Source: a virus
Lineage: Duplodnaviria > Caudoviricetes
Virus record (IMG/VR): IMGVR_UViG_3300038492_000435
Coordinates: 1-37,793 of that record
Strand: one strand, 5' to 3'
DNA length: 37,793 nucleotides
Under the pieces are notes generated by a model. It did no database searches. It was given only the letters and a program-made list of their open reading frames with translations, and had not been told where the DNA came from. The translations under genes were made by a program, and so were the position numbers. Shown here in pieces: positions 9,490-17,403 of the stretch (within the stretch, counting starts at the first letter, position 1; each line of letters begins with the position of its first letter).

Positions 9490-9506
9490 CGCTCCTTGTT
9501 GGAGCG
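9490..9506 (-). promoter_or_regulatory. Hairpin sequestering the MCP Shine-Dalgarno
   Basis: Minus strand CGCTCC-AACAA-GGAGCG. The 3' arm is the SD, and the hairpin begins 6 nt after the scaffold stop. Confidence 0.5.
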
Positions 9507-9512
9507 GACTAA

Positions 9513-10295
9513 TTACCCTTTCTTAGCGCAAGCGACCGTTTCGGCATAGAGCTGGCGTTTCAACTCTGCTGTTAGACCATTAGCAAAAGCGTCTGCTTTA
9601 GCTAGTGGGCTATCTGCCGCAACAGCCCCGAGGGTCTTAGGCTTATTGGCGTTCTGCTGCATCTGCTGTTTTGCCGCTTGTGCTTCTTGAGCTTGCTCCA
9701 CACTAGGGAGGAATGCCTTGATGTACTTGTATGCTGCAACTGCTTTTGCCTCTTCATCGCCAATCTGACTAAGCGCTTGTGCAATTTCGGGATCCATAGC
9801 CCGCAATTGTTTCACGTTATCCTCAGTCACCACAGCGTCAAAATCTGCATAACGGCTCTTAATACGATCCGGAATAGATTCCTTTCTCTTCCTTGCGTCG
9901 TACTCTTCTATAGCCTTACGTACGCTAGCTTCGCTTGTCTTGGCCGCAATCTTGTTCCCAAGCTCTACCGCTTGTTCAACTGTCAATACGTCCGAGAGAT
10001 CGTAGCCAGCTAAGATATCCTCTTCCGGCTCAGGTTCTGGCGCTTTTGGCTGATTAGCCTTCAGCATCATCTCCTGAAACGCCGTGAGCATCTCTTTCTG
10101 TTGCGAATTCTCACGCTGTAGCTGCTCAGTCTTTTCGCGCAAAGCTCGGAAGTTTAGCTCTTGGTCTGAAGGCTTAGCCTCTTCAACCTGTTGCTCTCCT
10201 TCCTGGGCCTGCTCGACTTCCTGAGCAATACCCATTTCCTCAGCCATTGGAGCGGCGGCCTCCTCAATTACGCCCGATTCTTGTGCTTCGGTCAT
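9513..10295 (-). CDS. Capsid scaffolding protein
   Basis: 260 aa, acidic, E/Q/A-rich coiled coil, immediately upstream of the MCP. Confidence 0.85.
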   Translation of the reverse strand: MTEAQESGVIEEAAAPMAEEMGIAQEVEQAQEGEQQVEEAKPSDQELNFRALREKTEQLQRENSQQKEMLTAFQEMMLKANQPKAPEPEPEEDILAGYDLSDVLTVEQAVELGNKIAAKTSEASVRKAIEEYDARKRKESIPDRIKSRYADFDAVVTEDNVKQLRAMDPEIAQALSQIGDEEAKAVAAYKYIKAFLPSVEQAQEAQAAKQQMQQNANKPKTLGAVAADSPLAKADAFANGLTAELKRQLYAETVACAKKG

Positions 10296-10382
10296 AAGTC
10301 CTTTTGGCGTTGCGAGCGCCGTTACAGCATTAGTTAAATTCTGACCTCGTAACGCAGAGGTGCGAATCAGAATTTTGACTTA
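10296..10382 (-). promoter_or_regulatory. Structured 5' leader of the scaffold gene (candidate cis-regulatory RNA)
   Basis: Perfect 9-bp inverted repeat 10336-10344/10367-10375 enclosing a CCTC/GAGG stem. Second hairpin GGCG/CGCC (10306-10320) next to the SD. Loop and linker are complementary (10349-10354 versus 10320-10325). Confidence 0.55.
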
Positions 10383-10460
10383 ACATATAATTAATGCTTT
10401 TTTTTGCATAGGTGTTATCCTAAAATTTTTACGGTTAACGATTAAAATTTTCGAGGAACA

Positions 10461-10775
10461 ATGAGAGTCGTAAGTTACAAGAAGCCCGATACAGAGGGAT
10501 CAATACTGGCTTTTGTAAGCCTAGAGATCGAGCAATGGAAGATGATTATTCATAACTGCAAGCTAATACGGACCAAGAATGGCCATACTTTTGTGTCACT
10601 TCCTCAGTATTCTCAGGAAGTGAATGGGGAGCGTAAGTACTTCCCATATGTGGAATTTAGCAAAGAAGCTGACAAGCGATTTCAAGAAGCTGCTAAAAAA
10701 TCGATTAATGACTATGCTCTAAAGCATCAGAGGCAAACCTCCCCTCAACCAACGCAACAAGAAATTCCGTTTTGA
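10461..10775 (+). CDS. SpoVG-family nucleic-acid-binding protein with an SSB-like C-terminal tail
   Basis: 104 aa. LAFVSL...IIHNCKLIRTKNGHTFVSLPQ...ERKYFPYV matches the SpoVG pattern, and it ends QQEIPF. SD GAGGA. Confidence 0.8.
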   Translation: MRVVSYKKPDTEGSILAFVSLEIEQWKMIIHNCKLIRTKNGHTFVSLPQYSQEVNGERKYFPYVEFSKEADKRFQEAAKKSINDYALKHQRQTSPQPTQQEIPF

Positions 10776-10798
10776 TGGCTCCAATCATTGCTTTTTCC

Positions 10799-11269
10799 TT
10801 AGGATTTATCATCTTCTTCAGCGTCTTCACCTTCGGTATTTATCTCGCAAAACTCGAATGAGAAACCAATCTCCTCTAAGAATGGATAGCATTTTTTTAG
10901 CCTCTCTAGGGAATGCATGCGACTTCCATCATGTCCAAGGCTGACATGGGGACGCTGGCAATATCTCCATACTGTGAGGGCTTTTCCATCAGCTAGGCAT
11001 GAACTAAGTTCATTTTCGTCGAAGGCACGAGCTCCATGGTCGAAACCTCTGCGGAAAGAGTCCTCCATGATACACGCGATGAGGACAAGCAACTCTTCCC
11101 TGTCCTCCGTAGAGATCGCTTCCAGTATGTCACTAGGTATCCCATCCATAATAGCGTTGCCACATTCCACGGATAGGTGTCTTTCAATATCAACCATCTT
11201 CGCACCACAAAACGCTTTGTCTCTCCATAACATTCGCGGCTTTGTCTGCTGCCTCGACTGATTGCTCAT
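10799..11269 (-). CDS. Hypothetical protein (start uncertain: 11269 or 11197)
   Basis: Part of track ORF 10799..11350. ATG 11269 has SD GGGGA, while ATG 11197 overlaps the stop of 11190..11408. Contains SFRRGFDHG. Confidence 0.65.
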   Translation of the reverse strand: MSNQSRQQTKPRMLWRDKAFCGAKMVDIERHLSVECGNAIMDGIPSDILEAISTEDREELLVLIACIMEDSFRRGFDHGARAFDENELSSCLADGKALTVWRYCQRPHVSLGHDGSRMHSLERLKKCYPFLEEIGFSFEFCEINTEGEDAEEDDKS

Positions 11270-11408
11270 AGGCTTCCCCAGGTCGGTTCGGATTATAATT
11301 TTCGTGGATATGCTGTCCACGATAGTAGGAACAAAGGCCACAACATCCACAAGCCTGAAGGAGTATAGAAACAGGAAGAATTCTAAGGAACGATAACACT
11401 TGGGACAT
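11190..11408 (-). CDS. Possible small lipoprotein (72 aa)
   Basis: MSQVLSFLRILPVSILLQAC-GCCGLC: short hydrophobic stretch plus lipobox-like LQAC. It bridges 11383..11910 and ATG 11197. SD is poor. Confidence 0.35.
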   Translation of the reverse strand: MSQVLSFLRILPVSILLQACGCCGLCSYYRGQHIHENYNPNRPGEAYEQSVEAADKAANVMERQSVLWCEDG

Positions 11409-11910
11409 CCTTTTTAGAAGCTTTAGCAAACTTTGCGTATGGGCTTCCTTTCTCGTCTACTAGATCAGTGGAATTGTGCTCAAAACGCCTATGAAAGAAC
11501 CGATAGAGTTTGTCATTAACGAAATCTAAGACGAACTGTAGAAGATCCGGGCATTGTCGTGCCGAGTTCTCAATATCCTGAGCCATGAAAACACCTGTCG
11601 ATTCGTCAGGAAGAGTCCATAGGAATTCTAAATCACCAGTAATAGGAGTGTAGCGCCAAACAGTCTGATCCCACTGTGGAGTTGGCAAACTTTGTCGCCC
11701 AATGAAGTACCGACGTATGACATTCTCCATGAGCTGTTCTTTCTTTACATGTACCACGATGAAATATGGAGAATTCCAATCTTTGTGGTTCTCTACGCAT
11801 TTTTGAATCTCTTGGAAATACTCCTTATCCACTTCTCGTTGAGTATCGATGATCCCCTGTTTTGTGTCCGGATTGGATAATCTCTTATGAGCCTCTTTCC
11901 CTACTGTCAT
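11383..11910 (-). CDS. Hypothetical phage protein of the head module
   Basis: 175 aa, SD AAGGA, own promoter candidate, motif PTPQWDQTVWRY...LEFLWTLPD. Confidence 0.8.
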   Translation of the reverse strand: MTVGKEAHKRLSNPDTKQGIIDTQREVDKEYFQEIQKCVENHKDWNSPYFIVVHVKKEQLMENVIRRYFIGRQSLPTPQWDQTVWRYTPITGDLEFLWTLPDESTGVFMAQDIENSARQCPDLLQFVLDFVNDKLYRFFHRRFEHNSTDLVDEKGSPYAKFAKASKKDVPSVIVP

Positions 11911-11931
11911 TGTGTGTCCTTTTTATGTAAC

Positions 11932-11960
11932 ACGATACCATATTTAACGCTTTTTGTCAC
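11932..11960 (-). promoter_or_regulatory. Sigma70-like promoter for 11383..11910
   Basis: Minus strand GTGACA-17 bp-TATCGT with TG extension (TGGTATCGT), directly after a terminator. Confidence 0.55.
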
Positions 11961-11971
11961 AGTCTTATAGC

Positions 11972-11999
11972 AAAAAAAACCCAGGTCCGAAGACCCAGG
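11972..11999 (-). terminator. Rho-independent terminator
   Basis: Minus strand CCTGGGTC-TTCG-GACCTGGG followed by T8. Confidence 0.85.
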
Positions 12000-12008
12000 C
12001 AAGGATTG

Positions 12009-12200
12009 CTATCTACGACCTTTGTGCTTCTCATCCATGATAGAATAAGGAACCACTTTGCTGTCTAAATGGCTCTCCGGAGAATGATGTTTCTCATGCT
12101 TCATCATAGCATCCGTAAGCTCTCTAGACATGGGAAGCTTAAACCCCTTCCCATATTCTGGACCACTTTTGAAGGCCGGTAGCTTATATTTTTTAGCCAC
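12009..12200 (-). CDS. Small K/H/M-rich protein
   Basis: 63 aa, GTG start with SD GGAGGT, begins MAKKYK. Confidence 0.75.
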   Translation of the reverse strand: MAKKYKLPAFKSGPEYGKGFKLPMSRELTDAMMKHEKHHSPESHLDSKVVPYSIMDEKHKGRR

Positions 12201-12209
12201 TTTGACCTC

Positions 12210-12404
12210 CTAGTGTCTGCCACCAGGCTTTTTCATCATCTGTCGGTGGTTGTCTTTAGCCAACATGTCGATTCCTTCTCGACTGTCATTGTACTTTTCT
12301 GGTCCACCGTACTCAGCTTTTGGGTACTCTTTCATCACCACTTCACGTGGCATGTTAGCGAACCCTTTTGACATCTTGTCACCATGATACTTTTTCTTAG
12401 CCAT
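12210..12404 (-). CDS. Small K/M-rich protein
   Basis: 64 aa, SD AAGGAG, MAKKKYHG...FANMPREVVMKEYPK. Directly after the portal gene. Confidence 0.8.
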   Translation of the reverse strand: MAKKKYHGDKMSKGFANMPREVVMKEYPKAEYGGPEKYNDSREGIDMLAKDNHRQMMKKPGGRH

Positions 12405-12451
12405 TGCTTACTCCTTGGTAAAACGGGAGGCTAGTCCCAGGTTTAAAACCC

Positions 12452-14536
12452 CTAATACCCATAGGGAGATTGGTCAGAAAGCTGGAATGCCTGTGGCATC
12501 GCTTCCTCTTCTCTCTGTTCAGCCACGGCTAAAGGTGCCTCGGAGGGCTCGCTTTGGCTGGCTTCTTTTAGCATTTGAATGATTTGTACCAACTGTTGGA
12601 TTTGATTTAAATCAATTCCTTGAAGTTCCTTAATTGTTTTCGCCATGGAAAGCGCTGCATCCTGTCTGTTCTCTCTGGACTGAGATAGACGCTCTACTGC
12701 TAGTGCTCTGTTCTCCTGGACACGTGATATCCTCTCAACTCCCAGTCCTTGGTTAGCTACAGCTTTTGCCTGTAGGTCGGAAATCTGAGCCTCGAGAACC
12801 TGCATTTGTGTTGCCATCTGCTGTTGGGCGATCTGTTGCTGAGCTTGGCTTTCCTGCTGCATCGTTGCGACGAGCTCGTCTTTGTCTTGCAGCGTAGCGG
12901 CCTGGATGATGCGTGAATCTGGGATAGGTAGACCCATCTCTTTGAGGTGAATGAGCTGTTGAAACTCCATCTGGCGTTGCGTGGTGGTGTTAACCCCTTC
13001 CTCAATGCGAATATCGTAGTTGAGCCACACCTTGTATTTGAACTCAGGGGAAGGCTGTTCGCCTAAGATTCGCCCAATTTTGCCGATTCTATAGTTTTTT
13101 CGCATGGTTTCCACCATCATCTCCCCGAGAAGCTTCTGACTAAAGTCGAGCTGGTCAAAGAGAGTCTGGAGTGTTGTCAGTCCAGCCCCTTGGCGTAGCA
13201 TGGAGAGGATGCCAGCTTTATCGTCGTCTGCCGTACCTAGCAGCTCCTCATTTACTCCGCTAATTTCCTGAACTTCCCTACCTAAAATCTCAGAGAGCTG
13301 AATCATAGAGGGGGGGATGTCTGCCGGTGGAATCCTTTCCACATCTGACATGTCCTTGCCATCTTTGATAGCTAACCCTTTCCCTTGACCACTTAGGAAA
13401 ACGTCGTTTGGATTTACCAACGAACCAGGCTTGTACTTGTATCCGCTGTTGATTTGAGACTCGAGAATGTCGAGCTCAATCACCTTCCGACGATTATAGA
13501 GGAACTGACTGTCACGAAGTCCACGGACAACCCCTTGAACCCTCCAGGGAAAATAGGGAATGTTAGGCTCATAGTACCCAATGAAAGGCACGAAAGGATA
13601 TCGGTCGATCCCCATAGGATTTGGACCATCATAGACCACTTTACCCTCTACGCTAAGAGCGACCTTGACAGTCGGAACGATTCTTTGTCTTGTTGCTACT
13701 CCAGGATAAGACAGTAAAAACTGTTTTAATCCTTCTTCATCTCCCTGCCACTCAATAGACAAGCCAATGTTCAAGTCCTCAACGAATGTCGCCATACGTG
13801 TGTCGCGATACCAGTACTCATCGTAGGAGAGGAGGTTTGTCATCCCATAGTTGTAACTCTCCGCCATGAACTGGAACTTTCCATCTCTGTTTCCACGGGG
13901 TTGGATCCCATCTAGAAAGTCCTCCATGTCTTCGGGCATGATCGACTTTAGCGCATCTTTGCTTAGCCACTGCCTTCTCCATATAAAGTTGCAGTCGGAG
14001 AGGTCACGTTTCTTAAAGTAGGGGTCGATGAGAAAGGAATTGTAAGGGACGTGATCGAGTTTGATATCTCCGCTGATTCCGTCTTGAGTGTAGTCAATCC
14101 ACATGTTGAGCAGGCTCATCCCCGTCGTGACAGCCCCGTGCTCAAAAGCCTCGCTAATCATCTCATCAGCGTTGGCTTTCTTCATCGTATGGAACAGTAG
14201 CTTACTCCACTGACTGCTCCCAACGTCGTCGTTATGCTCCACGGGTACGGCTACCGTGCTCTTACGATTGCGCCGCTGGTACCCAGTAATGAGGTTACAT
14301 ACACGTCGAATCCTGTTGAAATAGAATTGCTTTCTTCTGAAAGCTGGGAGATTCCCATAGTAGTCATCAAATTGAGCTTGGTCCCCCACCTTGAACCTAG
14401 TGTCAATGTCAGCCTCTGACCAAAAAGCCTGGTTGATGGTGACCGCCTGAGAATAGGTTTCGTCCATCATCTTTTTGATAGATCGGTTTTCACCCTCAGT
14501 GTAATAGTTCTCAGACGTTAGGTTTGTAACAAGCAT
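12452..14536 (-). CDS. Portal protein, P22-like
   Basis: 694 aa with FNRIRRVCNLITGYQRRNR, YPFVPF, GVVRGLRDSQ..YNRR, ISGVNEELLG and a Q-rich C-terminal barrel. It follows terL. Confidence 0.92.
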   Translation of the reverse strand: MLVTNLTSENYYTEGENRSIKKMMDETYSQAVTINQAFWSEADIDTRFKVGDQAQFDDYYGNLPAFRRKQFYFNRIRRVCNLITGYQRRNRKSTVAVPVEHNDDVGSSQWSKLLFHTMKKANADEMISEAFEHGAVTTGMSLLNMWIDYTQDGISGDIKLDHVPYNSFLIDPYFKKRDLSDCNFIWRRQWLSKDALKSIMPEDMEDFLDGIQPRGNRDGKFQFMAESYNYGMTNLLSYDEYWYRDTRMATFVEDLNIGLSIEWQGDEEGLKQFLLSYPGVATRQRIVPTVKVALSVEGKVVYDGPNPMGIDRYPFVPFIGYYEPNIPYFPWRVQGVVRGLRDSQFLYNRRKVIELDILESQINSGYKYKPGSLVNPNDVFLSGQGKGLAIKDGKDMSDVERIPPADIPPSMIQLSEILGREVQEISGVNEELLGTADDDKAGILSMLRQGAGLTTLQTLFDQLDFSQKLLGEMMVETMRKNYRIGKIGRILGEQPSPEFKYKVWLNYDIRIEEGVNTTTQRQMEFQQLIHLKEMGLPIPDSRIIQAATLQDKDELVATMQQESQAQQQIAQQQMATQMQVLEAQISDLQAKAVANQGLGVERISRVQENRALAVERLSQSRENRQDAALSMAKTIKELQGIDLNQIQQLVQIIQMLKEASQSEPSEAPLAVAEQREEEAMPQAFQLSDQSPYGY

Positions 14537-14600
14537 TCGACTGACCTGGGTATAAGAGTTGTATGCTAATTTTTATTACATAATTTTCGTTTGCTGTGAA

Positions 14601-15908
14601 TCAAAAAAAGCTTCCTGATAAGGCGTGTGATGGCTCAATCGGATCTTGGAAGAAAGCAGGCAGCTCTTGTTGTACTCCCATCACCTTGTTGTACTCCCTA
14701 TCTAGATCATCAGAGGTAACACTATCCCCAAGCTCTGCCTTAAGATGCGTATAAAGCGCGTACCGCAACCCGTCAAGTTGGTGATCGAATTCCTTAATGG
14801 GCTTGTCCTCTCCTCTCTCGGAAACTTTCGAGTCCCATCGATAGGTTTGAAATTCACGGACAGCATTACGGCAGTTACTGCACACCTTGAACGTGCCGTT
14901 GCTGAGTAGCTGGCTCGTAAATCGGATTCCATTGAGTACGTCGTTATCCGCATCGGCTATACTTGAGACACCCTGTCTAAACATTTCATTCTTGAAGCTA
15001 AGAGCGGAGGGGTCGATGTAGATCGCTTCGACATTGTATCCCTTGATGAAGGCCACTAGATCTTCTGCGTACTCCGTATCAGTCTTCTGGCGGTTCAACT
15101 TCTTGCTGTCGTAGTGGTATTCCTTTTCCATCCACGCATTGGGGAAATAGCGAGGGTTGTAGCCTATTAGACTGAATGTGGTGGGGTTGCTAGTCCCGTA
15201 GTCCACACCTACAATGTAATATTTAGCTGGGCCAGGCGGCGTGGCTATGACGTGTAACTCCTCATCAAAGAAATCGTAAACCGTTCCTTCTGCAAGTACC
15301 CATTCTCCGTCTATGTATCTCTTGTACCATAGCCCCTGGTACTCCTTCTTGAGCTCCGTTATGAATGACTCTGTTAGGGAGGGATTGTCAGACAGCCTAA
15401 ACTTGAACATCGTCTTATCGAGTTCAGGATTATCCAAGAACTCCTGCTTGAGCCAGTGAAAGGGGCTGTCAGGGTTAGTAGTTGCGAATAGCTGCGCACC
15501 AGGCTTTGAAAGACGAGAAAGGAGCATGCGAAAGAAGCTCTTCGGGATTAGAGTAGCTTCATCCACATAGGCTATGGCGAGTGTTGAACCACGTATGCGG
15601 TTTTGAGCTCTCTCGTCGTTGGCACCTACGAGGTATACAGTGCGGTTGAATAGCTTTATCTGTGTCGTCTTAGGAGTTGGGATTGGTATGCCCATTAGAG
15701 GACACATTTCGCTAAGGATGTTTCTTTGTAGAGATTCCCTGGAGACACCAATAATCATAGCATCCCCCTCGGGTCCGGCTTGGATAGCTCTGATGAGCCG
15801 GATGATTGACATGAAGGTCTTACCCGACCTGACGGACCCCTCCCAGAAATTGAGGCGCTTTGTGGATTTTATGTATGACTCAATCTGTTTCGGGCTGAAG
15901 TTCGGCAT
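14601..15908 (-). CDS. terL: Terminase large subunit, PBSX family
   Basis: Walker A EGSVRSGKT, Walker B IAYVDEA, ATTNP, nuclease motifs GVDYG, IDPSA and DHQLDGLRYA. Likely start MPNFSPKQ at 15908. Confidence 0.95.
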   Translation of the reverse strand: MPNFSPKQIESYIKSTKRLNFWEGSVRSGKTFMSIIRLIRAIQAGPEGDAMIIGVSRESLQRNILSEMCPLMGIPIPTPKTTQIKLFNRTVYLVGANDERAQNRIRGSTLAIAYVDEATLIPKSFFRMLLSRLSKPGAQLFATTNPDSPFHWLKQEFLDNPELDKTMFKFRLSDNPSLTESFITELKKEYQGLWYKRYIDGEWVLAEGTVYDFFDEELHVIATPPGPAKYYIVGVDYGTSNPTTFSLIGYNPRYFPNAWMEKEYHYDSKKLNRQKTDTEYAEDLVAFIKGYNVEAIYIDPSALSFKNEMFRQGVSSIADADNDVLNGIRFTSQLLSNGTFKVCSNCRNAVREFQTYRWDSKVSERGEDKPIKEFDHQLDGLRYALYTHLKAELGDSVTSDDLDREYNKVMGVQQELPAFFQDPIEPSHALSGSFF

Positions 15909-16335
15909 GCTTCTCTTGGATGTGGTCGTGTACATCGTTCATGAGAGACACGAGTTTAGCATTCGCTTCCATCTCTGCCATCTTCTTGGCCTTCTCTACC
16001 ATGGTGATCTCTTCACGCTTCATGTCGAGGATATGCTCTTTTACATCGTCGAGGTATTTGGGTATCAGTGTGGCAGAATACCACTTATCGAGTTTGTCCG
16101 TAATGCCTTGTTTTAAGAGCTTTACACCCAAAATATGTTTTGCTTTCTTGTATAGGTCCCCGAATTCGTCTGGTCTTCTTTGTGCTGTCTTCTTACAAAA
16201 GTTTATCGGAAGATCTTTTTCTATTTCGAATTCTGAGATGTGAAAGGCGTCATTCCCCTTTGACCACTCAACGAGCTCCCTACCTATTCTCTCAAGATCC
16301 TCAGGGCTCCATGTTCTTGGCCTTCCAGCTCCCAT
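15880..16335 (-). CDS. terS: Terminase small subunit (putative)
   Basis: 151 aa with N-terminal GRPRTW and an HTH-like segment. Immediately upstream of and overlapping terL. Confidence 0.8.
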   Translation of the reverse strand: MGAGRPRTWSPEDLERIGRELVEWSKGNDAFHISEFEIEKDLPINFCKKTAQRRPDEFGDLYKKAKHILGVKLLKQGITDKLDKWYSATLIPKYLDDVKEHILDMKREEITMVEKAKKMAEMEANAKLVSLMNDVHDHIQEKHAELQPETD

Positions 16336-16353
16336 TATTGACCTCTACTTGCC

Positions 16354-16653
16354 TTATTTGGCTTTTTTAAGACTAGGATACTTCTTAAGAACTGCTTTGC
16401 GAATGCCAGCAGGATTCGGGGCATTATGAGCGTAAGCCAATGCAGCACGTGCGCGCTTCTTCGTATTAATGGGGTATGACCCCTCCGGCGCGCCCCCAGA
16501 TTTTCCAGCGAAATCAGATTTTGCCACTCTCTTGTACTCGCCGACATTTGAGCCGCCCGCCTTCTTCTTGAGCTTTGCCTCTGTTCCACGCTTTACCTTA
16601 ATCCCTTTCCCGATAGTGACTTTTTTGCTGTCCTTAGCCTTCTTCTTCTTCAT
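16354..16653 (-). CDS. Highly basic Lys-rich protein
   Basis: 99 aa, SD GAGGT. Core FAGKSGGAPEGSYPINTKKRARAALAYA is flanked by K-rich tails. Confidence 0.8.
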   Translation of the reverse strand: MKKKKAKDSKKVTIGKGIKVKRGTEAKLKKKAGGSNVGEYKRVAKSDFAGKSGGAPEGSYPINTKKRARAALAYAHNAPNPAGIRKAVLKKYPSLKKAK

Positions 16654-16677
16654 GAGTACCTCAAATCATTGTTTAAC

Positions 16678-17040
16678 TCAATATTCATCGTCTGGGGCCT
16701 GTAAAGGATGGCATGTGAGGTGTCCAAAACCTGTGATACCTTTCTCAATCTTTAGCCGAGCTTTATACGGGATGGCATCTTCTGTGATAGGGAACTTCTC
16801 ATAGTCCTCGATGTAAAACACCGAGTCCTTTCTTGATTCTACCATGTGAAAAAGGTTCTCTATGTAGTAAGCCACGTCATGCTCATATACCTCCACTACG
16901 TCGCCCTTCTTATGAAGCTTGAAATACCCATCCTTGGGCAAGCGATAGACGACTGAGGTGTTTTCATATTCGACCTCAAAGTCAAGATTACCTGGCTCAC
17001 GTGCTTTGACGATTTTAGATGTTGATGAGCTTGTCACCAC
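16678..17040 (-). CDS. Hypothetical protein
   Basis: 120 aa, GTG start overlapping the upstream gene, SD GAGGGG. Confidence 0.7.
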   Translation of the reverse strand: MVTSSSTSKIVKAREPGNLDFEVEYENTSVVYRLPKDGYFKLHKKGDVVEVYEHDVAYYIENLFHMVESRKDSVFYIEDYEKFPITEDAIPYKARLKIEKGITGFGHLTCHPLQAPDDEY

Positions 17041-17263
17041 GCCTTATCCCCTCTAAGAGGTACTTAAATGCCTGCCCAACATCATCATCTGTTGGATATG
17101 GCAAATTAACCAGGTTCCCATTCTCCATGAAACAAATCGCTGGATCAGGAACCCCATCCGGATAGTCTGTGGGGTCACCATTGTTGGTATCGATAAGCCA
17201 TATCTTTGAACACTGATCCAGGTTGTATATCCTTTCCCTGTTTCCCCTATGAATAAGCCACAT
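17015..17263 (-). CDS. Hypothetical protein
   Basis: 82 aa, starts 2 nt after the stop of 17266..17403. Confidence 0.7.
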   Translation of the reverse strand: MWLIHRGNRERIYNLDQCSKIWLIDTNNGDPTDYPDGVPDPAICFMENGNLVNLPYPTDDDVGQAFKYLLEGIRRGDKLINI

Positions 17264-17265
17264 AC

Positions 17266-17403
17266 TTACTTACTCGCTTTTTTCTTCGGAGCAACTTTCT
17301 TGGGGAGCTTCTTGCCCTTGGGGGTGTGCTGAGCAAACTTCTTCGCTACTTCCGGCTTCTGGCTGTACAGGTACTTCCTCTGACTTGACGACTTGAAGGG
17401 CAT
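17266..17403 (-). CDS. 45-aa basic micro-protein overprinted on 17270..17563 (not in the ORF track)
   Basis: Manual translation MPFKSSSQRKYLYSQKPEVAKKFAQHTPKGKKLPKKVAPKKKASK*. SD AGGAAG upstream. 15 K/R versus 1 acidic residue. Confidence 0.8.
   Translation of the reverse strand: MPFKSSSQRKYLYSQKPEVAKKFAQHTPKGKKLPKKVAPKKKASK

Noticed and set aside
22-10013. Many plus-strand ORFs in the track opposite structural genes (also 15619..16116, 19239..19661, 30364..30876, 36738..37418)
   Set aside because: They are antisense shadows of well-supported minus-strand genes, with no motifs or convincing SDs.
16335-16589. 84-aa alternative-frame ORF over the Lys-rich gene
   Set aside because: The 99-aa frame has the SD and a recognisable motif. 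This frame has neither.
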